DNA of 64,000 bases from Tubiluchus corallicola (Eukaryota; Animalia; Priapulida): NCBI GenBank assembly GCA_030141605.1, contig JAQGDQ010001032.1, forward strand, positions 4,926-68,925, in the 5' to 3' direction. Position 1 is the stretch's first letter; every line of letters begins with the position of its first letter. The position numbers were made by a program, and so were the translations under genes. Shown in pieces: positions 13,578 through 25,596 of this stretch. Under the pieces are notes generated by a model. It did not search any database and was not told where the DNA came from. It worked only from the letters and a program-made list of their open reading frames with translations.

Positions 13578-14136
13578 GTTGTTGGCATCCTTCTGTCTCG
13601 GAAGACAATGGAGTGTGCGCCAAGAGAGTCAGTTACTGATCACATTGATGGAGCTGCAGCGTCGACTGTGGCTGAGCAGTGCGATCCTTGAACCACTGGA
13701 GTGGCCTCTCCAGGGCGCACGCCTGGGCAAGGTGTATGGAGATCCTGAGTTGCCCAGACAACAGGAACCCCCTCTCTTCCTTCCTGGTGTAGTCCAAAGG
13801 AAAGCGGAGCGATATGTTTGGCACCAGGTTGGCTGCAGGAGCTGCCGGAGTCAGTGAGCATGCTAGACTGGTCCGCCTTAATGGCTCCACTCCTGATTTG
13901 GAAGGTTTACTCCTCTACACATGGCCGTTGGGTCACTTGACCTCCTCCGCCCTCTAGCCGTTGGCTGCTTGTGCAGCTCCTCCACCTAGTGTCGAGATAC
14001 AGTGTGGGCATCCCGCAAGCCTACAGCACCTGGTATTCCTAGGTGATCACCCATCCAAGTACTAACCAGGCTCTACGTTGCTTAACTTCGGTGGTCAGAC
14101 GAGAACCGGTGTTTTCAACGTGATTTGGCCGTAGTC
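13578..14136 (-). mobile_element. Second copy of the 5S-headed RTE-type SINE, part of composite 13578-14846
   Basis: Near-identical reverse complement of 42972-43529. Confidence 0.85.
14017..14136 (-). rRNA. 5S rRNA-derived sequence (SINE head)
   Basis: Full 120-nt 5S-like sequence fused to the SINE body. Confidence 0.7.
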
Positions 14137-14737
14137 ACAGAGAGTGCTATAGATACTATAGAAACTTGCTACAGTTGTGCAGCGTACGCCCCCTATGCCG
14201 TTTTATGGTTCTATTCCATTTTATGCAATACATTGTGGCAGTGATATAAAGTCCAATTACCTAATCTCATTCATTTCTTTGTTACATATTGTTAATATTT
14301 ACTAAGAGCCTAAGATCAATCAATCAATCAATTTATTTCACTCCAGCAATACATATACAATACATCAACATACAATATTATTGAAACAAAAAGAAACAGT
14401 ATAGGTAAAAAAACGTTGATGAAGTCAAATTAACCAAATAAAAAAGTTGCTGTATGACACCTTGAAAGCTTGGCTTGCTAAGGTGGCAGAAATGAGTGAA
14501 TAAAAGAATGGTTAGGGTCAGTAGACATGCTGGAATGGAAAAAAATAGTAAGAATAGAGATAGGAAGAAGGAAGGGAGTAGAAGAAACGACCACAGGGTA
14601 TGTTTAATTTACATAGAGCTGTATTAAAACAGCATTATAATTGATTGGAGGCCATATATTGCGACTGCAGGAGACATGGAAGCATTGAACTTGTATTATA
14701 AGTATGAATCAAAAATCGTCCTTTTCAAGTACTTTTT

Positions 14738-14846
14738 CACCTGGTATTTCTAGGTGGTCACCCATCCAAGTACTAACCAGGCTCTACATTGCTTAACTTC
14801 GGTGGTCAGACGAGAACTGGTGTTTTCAACGTGATATAGCCGTAGT
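14738..14846 (-). rRNA. 3'-truncated 5S rRNA-derived sequence (about 109 nt)
   Basis: Matches the 5S head up to ...aataccaggtg, then switches to unrelated flank sequence. Confidence 0.65.
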
Positions 14847-15816
14847 ATAACTTTATACTATAATATACAGTATAAAGTTTGATGGCCTAACGTCTTCACA
14901 TGACAGCTCTTCACACAGTGACATTATAAGAAAACGAATTTATTGACACGACTGATAGCTGCATAAACCAAATTAATGTGCGACAATTAATTCCAGCAGT
15001 ATGCTATATTTGAAAGCAACAGCTAGCAACACTATGCATGATGAGTCAAAAGAATCTTTAAACAGTGGTCACAACACACCACATGCAGTTACTAAGCCAA
15101 TTTTCTATGCATGTTAGCCCATATAACAACGCATGTATTTTATTGGCCAACAAAATTATAATAACATAATAAATTGCAGCATAAATAAAACTTGTTAGTC
15201 CATGTTCTAAGCCAGGTACAGGCAAGACCTGTACAAACCAGTATACTGCGTTTGTTATTATAAAAATATACAGTTTACAAAGATACAGATGTTAGTAAAA
15301 CAGGTAATGCGATATTAGTAAAGTAACATATCTACAGACATTTATAATAACCACACATTGTAGTTCCCTTGTAATTATATTACATTATACAGTGTTGTAA
15401 GGTGCTATAATAGATATCTTAAAACATAATCTTTAAATGAGTTTATATATGTATATGTATGTATATATCTGTCTGTGTGTGTGTGTCTGTGTGTGTGCTT
15501 GTGTATATATATCTATACATACGTATATATAAATATATGTATATAGCAAATTAACAATAATATTACGTAATAGTGATGCTAATACACCACAAGTGATTAT
15601 ATATTGGGTTCATATATATAACGATTAATCCGAAATAGATATGTGTGGGATTGAACTATCAGTTGAGGGAATTGTAATGTTTTGATACGCCTCCCCGGCG
15701 GGAAGCTTCTGAAGATGGGACGTTAAAAATGGTTTTGCCTAGGACACTAAACTAGAGCCGGCCCTGAGTGCAAACACTGCAAACATTGATGTACTGCGAT
15801 TTTGAACCTTTGATCT

Positions 15817-16159
15817 TGTTGTGTTTTGTTCCGCTCGGAAGGCTCGTAGAGAAAACCAGAAAACACTTCATCAAATTAAACTAGTTTATTAAGAGAGAAT
15901 TCTACAACACAAAAGTATGAAGGAACGCGAAATGTTTACAGTAAACGAGAAAATCTGGAAAACGTTTGAGTGTATCTGAAAATACAAGTATACAAGAGAA
16001 TGTGTAAATGGCATCCGGCCTGCTTCGCCTTACATAGCGTGCCAGAGAAGCTTCTAGAAGTTTTGTTCCAGAACATTCTACACGGTAAGACAATTATTCT
16101 AACGGAACGTTCTACAATGTTCTATGTAATTCTAATAGATGCCAGCGATCTCCACAACA
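15817..16159 (-). mobile_element. Solo LTR, same family
   Basis: Same termini with its own 5-bp TSD gatct; homologous to 11384-11737. Confidence 0.85.
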
Positions 16160-16817
16160 GATCTGCATTTGGTTTAAATAAAAGAACTGCCAAACCATGC
16201 TCTTCCTGGAAATAAACAGCACTAGACTTTTTGCAGCAACAACGGTATGTTTTGCTTCAAGGAACCACAGCGTGAACATTGCTAGTGTCACTAGTACTAC
16301 AAGCATAACGGCATAAATAATAAGCAATACTTTCATAAATTTCTAAAGATTTGTGACAGCCATCCTTCAAATTATTTTAAAACAATCAAGACTATTCAGG
16401 TAATTAAACTGTAATGTGTATTTTTTACCTGCTATAAATTTTTTTCACAATTGGTGTGCAACCTGTAGTTTTACAAATAGACAAATAGAAATACGTACAG
16501 TGCACAATGCGACAAAAAATTCTGCTGGATTCATTAAATTACCGGATATCGGGGATCCAGATCTGGTTCGTCCCTATAGAGCATACCCTAGTCACCTACA
16601 GCCTGTAACAGTTTTCCTGGGAATAAATCATCCAGCTGTCATTCAACTAAAAGGGTTGCTTCTGTTTTTTCAAAATTCACTTAGTGCAGTTTGAAAAAAC
16701 AAACTAAAAACAATTAAGGACGCACACGAACATGAACAACATTGGACTGAATGCTCATTACTCCTGGCAAAACAGAAGGAATATTCAGGACTATTGTCGT
16801 AAGGTTATCGTATAGGC

Positions 16818-17299
16818 CGGGGGTGTGCAAATTGCGGCCCGCTGAGAGATTTTGTGCGGCCCGCGAAGAGATTTATCAACCTAATGAAAGTGCGGCCCGG
16901 GCGATTAACTGAGTGTATCCAGCTGAAGTCCGGGCCACGATCCCAAAGATAGTACGGTTAGTTTTTTCTACTAGATCGGATGCCATTAACCCTTACAAGA
17001 CGGTTGTAGCTTAATGTCACTGTACTACACAGACTGTGTGATACACATTACTAATATGCATTGTAATGAAATTACCACTATCTGTCGTGAAAGTAGAAAT
17101 ATATGGTTTGTAATATAATTTTAATAACTTCTAAAATAGTTTCTTGAGCATAGTAGTAACGATGTACGCAGGTCGGATGCAAAAAAAATCGTTATTAGGC
17201 CCTACTGTACTTGGTTCCTTGATCAAGCTGCCTGTGGCCCACAGGAATTGCGGGAAAGTTTAATGTGGCCCGGCTAGTCAGATAATTTGCACACCCCTG
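16818..17299. mobile_element. hAT (Charlie-like) MITE
   Basis: TIR c(a/g)ggggtgtgcaaatt / aatttgcacacccctg, internal gcggcccg motifs, perfect 8-bp TSD gtataggc. Confidence 0.88.
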
Positions 17300-18354
17300 G
17301 TATAGGCGCTATTACACTTTTGCACCTCCTACTCTTTCTAGGTTATTACTCGTTTCTAGGCTCGTAGGTCATTATTCTATTATTCTCACGTCATCAGTGA
17401 ATGTTTCCGCTAATCTCGTGGTAATTTAATCATATATTTAGGTATAATTACCAATAATTACGTTGTATTCACAGTTCTACACCTATACAGTTCGTATCGC
17501 CATCTTGTTTGTGTGTGTAGTCACGTGACGAATTTCGTACTAGTTTATGCATTATCAGGGCCTAGCTTAAAAGGCACGTGACACACTTTCATCTTGACCG
17601 CATCTACGAAATAAAGAAAAAACCTTTACTTTTTTTATAATCTAATAGTAATAATACTACAGTAACAAATAAAATTCATGATAAATAACTGTAGTGGTCT
17701 AAAATAATTTCCTCGTGAATGCCAGCTTGGGTCTGACTATACACTGGGTCTGACAGAGAAACAAAAAACTTTGAAGTCTTTGAAGAAAAGACAATGACTG
17801 GCACAGGATTATAATGGCATTTTAGGTTTATATACTCATTATCACCACCATTATTGCAGTGCTATTTTTATCGTTATCGTCATCACTACCACTATTCTGA
17901 TGCCATCATCATTATGCATGTACAACTTATAGTAGCTTATACAATTTTGGTCTATGAGTACGGGAGGAGGGGGGGGGGGATAATGTAGTGGGAAGCATAT
18001 TTACAAAGCTGAATGTAATGACAATAATGATGATGACAACGTAATGACAACGTCCGTACATACATACATACACACACACGGACACACACGCGCGCGCGCG
18101 CGTACATACATACATTCATGCATATACATACGTATAATTATATAATAATATTATTAATACATTTTTACCACATGTGAAATTAAATGTGTACTCACGTTAG
18201 GAATTTTCACGTCACGTATTGAGGCAGCCAGGATAGATACTCGACATTTCGGCAATAATGAAGAATGCAACAGCTCAAAACAATACAATTAAAGAACAAT
18301 AAATAAATGCAATCGTAACTTCAACATTTCGTGAAATTCACTTGAAAAGAAGAA

Positions 18355-19302
18355 TTAAACAACGTAGAGTTGATCCGCAATTTGGAACCAAAAATTAAAA
18401 AACGCGGTTTCCCCGAAACGTTGCGTCCACATATATTCGATTAAATAGTCTCCAATCATTTGCTGATTTGTCGGTCCATTCATGGCCTTGAATTTGGCTT
18501 TAGCTCTTTGCCACGTGGCTTCACCGTGGTTTGTGGCAGTTTGTGGGTCAACAAAATTCAAGTTGTGATTCACAGTTTGGTGTGCATAGCCACCAGCCAT
18601 TAGTGGTATGGCATTGTATGCCCGCCACATGTCAGACCAGATAGTTGTTCCTGGCCTGATCCATTGCTGAATTATTGGAAGCAGGGTTTGCGCATCCGTA
18701 CTTGCCACAGGCACGAGAAGCGCCTTTTTCGTTTCGGCCTCATAGGCCCCAAAGGCCCATTGCTGTCGAACTACACGACCCTGCTGGTTTTTACGGCGCG
18801 CAAACAAAGATTCGTCAATTTCGACAGTCCTCCCAGGGCCACCCAGCGGTTCGGGATTGTTGATGAAATATGCAACAGCTACATCTCGGCAAACCTGGTG
18901 CCAATCAACAATTGTGGTGGGAGACCCTATTTCCAGCTCTTTCATGAGCATCTCCACTGACAGGCCTCTGGCCTTTCCACAGGTGGTGCACCACAAATAA
19001 GTCAAACCTAAAATTTGCCATAAGGCTAAGTGGGACTTCTCAAAAAAACTGCCCTTTCTGATGTTGACTACTTTACGGCATTGCTGGCAGCGCCAGGCTC
19101 TCCCGTCGATAGACCTTGAATATAAACGTTCTTGACACGGTTCATTACATGCTGGGCAGATCATGTCTACTGCCAGCAAACCATGTTGCCTGCACCAATT
19201 TATAGTGTCCACAATATTTCCCCGAAATCTTGTGCCTATTTTCATCAGTGTCAGATTCACAAACTCGTTTCTATCAGGGCGTCGATTTGCTGCCACTGCC
19301 AT
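18355..19302 (-). CDS. Merlin / IS1595 (ISXO2-like) DDE transposase, 315 aa
   Basis: Open frame from ATG 19302. N-terminal CxxC..CxxC zinc ribbon, IRKGSFFE, LGGPGRTVEIDES, GTTIWSDMWRAY, HQTVNH, TNHGEATW, YLIEYMW. No TIRs or TSD identified. Confidence 0.9.
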   Translation of the reverse strand: MAVAANRRPDRNEFVNLTLMKIGTRFRGNIVDTINWCRQHGLLAVDMICPACNEPCQERLYSRSIDGRAWRCQQCRKVVNIRKGSFFEKSHLALWQILGLTYLWCTTCGKARGLSVEMLMKELEIGSPTTIVDWHQVCRDVAVAYFINNPEPLGGPGRTVEIDESLFARRKNQQGRVVRQQWAFGAYEAETKKALLVPVASTDAQTLLPIIQQWIRPGTTIWSDMWRAYNAIPLMAGGYAHQTVNHNLNFVDPQTATNHGEATWQRAKAKFKAMNGPTNQQMIGDYLIEYMWTQRFGETAFFNFWFQIADQLYVV

Positions 19303-20846
19303 ATTTTTAAATATAAGAAACGGTAATTGTTCACAATTTTTTAACACGTCAAAATAAAATAAAATGAAATTAAATACGTCAAAATATGAATAATAACTTG
19401 AAATGCACAAAAAATTAAATACTGTCAATACACTGTCAATACACAATTACAACTGTTTTCATCACACCAAGGTCACTGTGACACTAGCAATTGCGTTTTT
19501 AACCATTAAAATTTAATCCCGTTGTCACAAAAGTATGCAAAAAATTCAAGTTACTATAGGGGCCCAGGACACCACGCGTAATAATGTTGTTTTATTAGTT
19601 ATCCCTGATTATATTTATCTGACGTGCATCTTTTTCATCAAGTTCGTGAGTTCATTCATTTTTACAGCAAAAGCCAATAATTATATAATTTATGTAATAA
19701 TTGACTTCGAGTCTTCATGATTCAACAAGTACGAGATGTATTTACCAGAACTAAACGAATCCTCAATCTCAGGCAAATTTCAAACTTCTCGTTCTTTACC
19801 TGAACAGTTCGTAACAGCAAAACGAAACTAACAAATTACAAGGAGACGGTTCTCGCACCTAACACAGTGAAGACACAGCACGTGTCACGTACTTCGGCTA
19901 GCAAATCATGCTGCACTTACAAATCTTGTTACGTCTGAAGTTGAAAGCACATGTGCAATCAAATAGATTTATTTTCTACTTTCCACGAAAGTTTCAGATT
20001 TAGAACAACTATTATGTCAAGACTACAGCTGAGCATTCTCCACCAGAAAGCGAATTGACGTCAAACATATTGGTCTATCGCTCCGCCTCAGCTGAACGTA
20101 AGCACGCTCAGCGGCTTTCGGGACAACAGCTCACGCAAGACAACAACTGTCTCAACTAAACTAAACTAAACAGCGTGACATTCACAACTAACGCCTAATC
20201 AGCAAATAAACTGATTGCACTTTTCATAAACACAAATTTGCAGAGCACCAGTTATTTTTAAACGAAATTAACACTTGAAGTAGTCAAAAAATGACTTTTC
20301 AGTTTAAACACAATGTAGAGATGACGTTTCAAACCACTGCAAAATACAGAGACATAAGTATCATAAAGAAACTAAGCCATTTAGCCTTTCTTTACAATAA
20401 ATGAGCAACAAAAATATTAAGTCTCTCTTGCCTTTGAATATACAAACATCATGCCTGCGATGTATTTTTCTATATTAACTGATCATGTACTCGTATGCAA
20501 GATTTAGTCAGGTTTTTTTTATTAATTCTTTACTTGTCATTAAAATGGTTCACTCATTATAATAAACATTGTATTTTGTATTTTTCCATTTGTTAGGCTA
20601 AGGAAATTAAATAAATTTTATTGTTCCATTCCATAGACGACCCTTATATTGAGTGCCCGAGTCACATTATTCCAAATGGCATCTTTTAACGATGATTATA
20701 ACCAAAAAAATAGCGTAAAAAATCTTATACTACATTAAAGTATAATATAGGTTTTGACCACGTTTGAATTAATTTTGACTGTGAAGATCTCATTGAGGTT
20801 TATAAAAACTGGCCAGAAAAGAAAACATTTTGTTTTGTCCTTATTT

Positions 20847-21214
20847 AAAGTTAATCAAATAGTTGTTTTATCTAATTTGCAAAGACATAAACTAAACTAA
20901 ACTGTGTATTTTCTTGATAGCAAAATGGTTTGATCAGCAACTCACAGACATAAGCGTTGTGCATTTATTTCTATAAATGAAACTAGACTATATATTTCCA
21001 CTAATTCACTTGCAATTTCAGTTGACAATAATAAGATCTAGAACCAGGCCAATATCTCTCCTCCTAACTAATGAAAAGTTGAGCTTTTCACAACAGTGTT
21101 AGACGCAGCTGTAGCTAAATGTCCCGAACGTACCTGCTGCAGGGGTGTGTGAAATAGCTTGCACGCTGATCGGGCAGTCAACGAAAATGATTGACATTAC
21201 GTTAGACGTCAATT
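20847..21214 (+). repeat. Direct repeat of 23730-24113, bracketing the GPCR
   Basis: Collinear homology from aaagttaatcaaatagttg to acgtcaatt. Confidence 0.85.
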
Positions 21215-21364
21215 GCTTTAGTATCTGGAGGAGAATCCGGTAGCATAATGCTTCTTCCTCCTCCTTACAGTGACTAGTATCACTTTTAATGTGAAATAAT
21301 GTTTGTAGCTAAACGTATATGTATGTATTATTCACTGTGAAATTTCAATTCAATTCACTAGTAT

Positions 21365-21705
21365 TCTTCTTCTTCTTCCCAGCTTTTCCCTATGCGGGGT
21401 CGCTGTTGTGAATGAGTCTTCTCTACGCATTCCTGTTGTTGACCATCTCTTCATTTATGTCTTCCCTTCCCACATGATCTTCAACGACTCTTCTTTTCAG
21501 GTGTCCATACCATCGCAATCTTGCGAGGCTTTCCACTACTTTTACTGTTCCTCTGATATTATTATTTCTAATTTTATCTCTTCTTGTTATTCCAACCATC
21601 CATCTCAACATCCTCATCTCCACCACACCCATTTTCTTCTCTTCAGTCTTCTTTAGAGAAGCCGCTTCCAGCCCATAGATTAGAGCGGGTCTGACCACTT
21701 CTTTG
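21365..21705 (-). mobile_element. RTE-clade LINE 3' fragment
   Basis: VRPALIYGLEA..EMRMLRWMVGITRRDKIRN..RLRWYGHLKRR followed by a (GAA)n tail. Confidence 0.85.
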
Positions 21706-21750
21706 TGCCTATTATACTGCCTATTAAGGTCTATGCACGTGATACGCCCG

Positions 21751-22089
21751 TGTTAACAAGACCATAACCAATCAGCAGTGTGTAGGTGGGTCATGTCATC
21801 TGTACAGAGTAGTATTTAAGGAGGACAGATCCAGAGGAAGAGACATTCGCTGCTGACAAGGTCTGCTACCACAAGGCCTGATAACAAACTCTGTTAAAAC
21901 AAGAGTTGCTAAAAACTCTGTTAACACAAGAGTTGCTAACAAGCTCTGTTATCTCAAGAACTGCTAACAAACTCTGCTAACACAAGAGTTGCTAACAAGC
22001 TCTGTTATCTCAAGAGCTGCTAATTATAAGCCCTGAACCATAATAAAGCAATTAAATAAATAATTCAAAATTGTCTATCAAAACCAACA
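21751..22089 (+). mobile_element. LTR-like sequence upstream of the GPCR
   Basis: TGT...ACA ends, CCAAT box, tatttaag TATA-like box, internal short repeats, AATAAA. No clear TSD. Confidence 0.4.
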
Positions 22090-22717
22090 TTTCTCCAATG
22101 TCAGTTTTCCTGCTATTAACTTCAAGAACTAATTTGTGCTGAAGTGTGCCTTAGGCTTAACAGTCAGATGAACCCAAGCCATTGGTGCAAAGTACCATAA
22201 TCTGCACACCTTTCCGTTACGTGAACCCCTAGCCGCGTTACAGTAGTATATTTTTCTAGAAGAATAAATGAATAGTTTTTAGATGGAACCGTGTTAAACG
22301 ATGGTCAATTTTTATGAAAAAATCACTTTGGTCTTAAACTTTTGCAAATGATTGTATATACACTATAAGCAATTAAATTATTTCCCTAGGCGCTATAAAA
22401 TGTTGTAGGTTGTCATCGGAAACGACATGAAATAACGTTTTTACAGTAATTATTATTCAAGCCAAATTAAATTACTGCTTGCTGAAATCCGAGATGAAGT
22501 CGTTACCTTTTTAACTAGAGGAAAAAGCGACAGCGCAAAAATACAAAGGGATTTTGTGACAAGATAATTGTGATGAGCTAAGCATGCAGTGCAGGTATAA
22601 ATACAAACAGACAGATACCCATGAGCACAAGACATATGAGCCATACTGAGGAATTAGTTGATTGGCGTGCGTTAGCAATTGTTTACGAGAGCATACAGTT
22701 AGAGGTATTTGAACGGG

Positions 22718-23716
22718 ATGGTTGGTACAAACTTCTGGGAGAACAGGATGGGTATGGCTGGTGCGGACGTCTGGGAGAACAGGATGGATGGTACAGAAGT
22801 TTACAATACAAGCAGCTCTGATTCCTCAGAGTGGAAGATGATCATAGGATGTTTATTTATTAGTCTCGGTTTCCTGACAACATTTGCTAATTTATTAATC
22901 GTGTTAATCATTTACTTCTCCACGCCTCTTCATAAGATTCCTTACTATATTCTGTGTAATCAAGCAGTGAGTGACGGTGGCGTTGGTGTTGCCGTCATGG
23001 CTTTAGGAACAGTTTACTTTTGCGAACTAGACAGAGATATAATTTACTGCCTCGTTCTCACAGCATTTGCTCTCTGTTTTCAATTTTCTACCGTTCTGTC
23101 CATAGTTGTCATAACGTTTGAAAGATACGTTGCCATTATGTATCCGCTTCGATACGACACCATGGTAACTGAGAAACGCCTGATCGTCGGATTGACCTCA
23201 GTTTGGATGTCTGCTATGATTTCTGGAACAATAACAGCTGGCTTACAAGGTAACGACCCGACAGCCTTTACAGACTACTGTCTAGGTTCTGCCAATGTAT
23301 CTCCGACACTGACATACGCTTGGATGGCCAACACAACGTTTTTTCTAATTTTTCCTTTCCTTATATTGATTCTTTATGTGAGAATCATCAAGGCAAGTTT
23401 ACATCAGATAAATAGGATCGAGTCGTCTAATACGGAAGCGGTACAGCGTCATCGTGCGGGTGTTGCAAGAGCAAAACTGGCTGTGACTATTGCTATGAAC
23501 GTTGGTCTTTACTTCTTGCTGTGGTATCCGTTTTTTATCAAAGGTCTTTTGTATCATACCGGACTAAGCAGCATCACGGACATGAAACAGTTGGTAGGTT
23601 TTCTCTTACTGGGAGAAATTAACAGCGTTACAAATGTATTTATTTACGCTTTTCGTTTGAAAGATTTCAGAAAAGGTATGAAAAGAATGTATCCCGTAAA
23701 GTTGTGTACTGCTTAA
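22718..23716 (+). CDS. Intronless class A (rhodopsin-like) 7TM GPCR, orphan
   Basis: Seven hydrophobic segments with ANLLIV (TM1), QAVSD (TM2), ERYVAIMYPLRY (TM3), TM4 W, LLWYPF (TM6), NSVTNVFIY then FRLKDFRKG (TM7 and helix 8). First ATG at 22718. Confidence 0.92.
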   Translation: MVGTNFWENRMGMAGADVWENRMDGTEVYNTSSSDSSEWKMIIGCLFISLGFLTTFANLLIVLIIYFSTPLHKIPYYILCNQAVSDGGVGVAVMALGTVYFCELDRDIIYCLVLTAFALCFQFSTVLSIVVITFERYVAIMYPLRYDTMVTEKRLIVGLTSVWMSAMISGTITAGLQGNDPTAFTDYCLGSANVSPTLTYAWMANTTFFLIFPFLILILYVRIIKASLHQINRIESSNTEAVQRHRAGVARAKLAVTIAMNVGLYFLLWYPFFIKGLLYHTGLSSITDMKQLVGFLLLGEINSVTNVFIYAFRLKDFRKGMKRMYPVKLCTA

Positions 23717-25596
23717 ACAATAAATAAATAAAGTTAATCAAATAGTTGTTTTTATCTAACTTGTAAAGCCATAAACTAAACTAAACTGTGTATTTTCTTG
23801 ATTACAAAATGGTTTAATCAGCAACTTATAGACGTAAGCGTTGTACATTTCTTCCTACAAACGAAACTAGATTATATATTTCCACTAATTCACTTGCAAT
23901 GTCAATTGACAATAATAGAATCTGGAACCAAGTCAATATTTTTCCCGCTAACTAATGAAAAGTTGAGCATTTTTCATAACAGCTGTTAGGAGGAGCTGTA
24001 GCTAAATGTCCCAAACGTACCTGCGTTAATCAAGCTCTGCAGGTGTGTGAAATAACTTGTACGCTGATTGGTCTAGCAATGAAAATGACTGACAATTATG
24101 TTAAACGTCAATTCGAATCAAATATGTAACTTTCGAGTTCTAATCGAACAGAATTTCAGTGTTTCGAATTCGTATCGAATTTGAACTCTGTCTAAAAGAT
24201 TTTCGTACAAGTTTTCGAACTATCAGTAAAAAGTGGTCCTACAGAGATTATGCACATATTATTTGATTTTATTCTGCAGTAAGAGCACTAATAATTGATT
24301 TAAAAATTGCACAGAGAAATTACAGATAATTTGTGCTAATTGCAAGAAGTTTCAAACGTTTTAGTGATAAGGAACATGTGTGATTGAAGTGCTGAATTAT
24401 TCGAATTTATAATTTTAGGCTCGAATCGATTTCAGATTAAAAAACTCGTTCGAACTCAAACTTTCGAAATTCGGCCCTAGTCAAGACATGATAAGAAAAG
24501 CAAATAAATATAAAGACTGTAAAACTCTGCCTTTTCTAATTTTTCTTTACGATACTTATATAAACCATTGAATATATATTTCTGTAATGTGTGCCAAAAT
24601 TTGAAGTTAAAATTAAAGCGTGTAATGATCATTATGCCAAAATGAAGCACAGAAAATCAATCGTTATTATACTTCCCGAGAAGTGTTTAAGCCATGTTTA
24701 AGAATAATCTAAATGCATCATTACTTGGCATGTAGAGTGGAATACACATAGTTTAAACACAGTGAGTTTTGGTCAGAATGTGAGTACAATGTAGCACACA
24801 CATATTTCGTGTCAACTGTCACGTAACAATAATTAAGTGTCACGTGAAGTAACTTACTGTCATGGAATTATGGATTATAATGACCAGGCAGCTTCCTATC
24901 ATACTGAATTACATAATACCCAAGGTTACTGAATTTGCATTCCTAGAAATCTAAAGTCAGGATGTTTATCATTTAGTGCATCTGTATGGTCAAAATTAAC
25001 CAATAAAAGTGGTTAATAATAAAAGTGTTTCCAGTTAAGTGTGATTAATTACTAGAGAAATTAATGTTGTGATTTTTAAAAAGGCTTGCTCCTGCCTTGA
25101 ATTCTGTTATAAAAACGTAATTTAAAAGAGCCAAGCATCAATAACCCGCCCTCAAAAATACCTTTAATCTAGAGACAGTTGCAACTAATCAGTTACTTTG
25201 AAGAATAAATCTTAAAATTTTGATAGTAACTGACTACAGTACCTATTCCAGCTTTTTGGAAAGTCACAATTGCATAATGCAGCTTCACAAACTGTCGTTA
25301 AAACCACGAAGAAGGTGAAAGATTTCAGTTAGGCAGCATTAGCTAAAAGCAGGTTTACATTGTTTAAGCCTTAGATACATCTTATCTGCAGATGTTTTGC
25401 AATTGCAGTAATTACAGCTCCTGTATGAAGCACACTAAGATGAGGTCAAGATGTTAGAAAACTAATTTATGTTATAATGTTTTTGATGTTAAACACACTT
25501 GTCCTATGACGTAATGGCATTGTCTTCACGTATACATGGATGTAATGTCTTCTTCGAAAAACTGCCATTATAATAAGCTACATGCAGGCTTTCAGT

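Noticed and set aside
13462-13890. Overlapping GC-rich ORFs (also 43168-43478)
   Set aside because: They lie within the SINE body; only the short RTE C-terminal remnant is meaningful.
14017-14846. Functional 5S rDNA cluster
   Set aside because: Copies are dispersed, lack terminators, are fused to a retroposon body, and one is truncated.
11384-16159. Full-length LTR retrotransposon between the two LTRs
   Set aside because: Each LTR has its own TSD and there is no gag or pol between them; a host exon lies inside.
17305-19564. Merlin TIR candidates (ggcgctattacactt / tataggggcc)
   Set aside because: Poor complementarity and no matching TSD.
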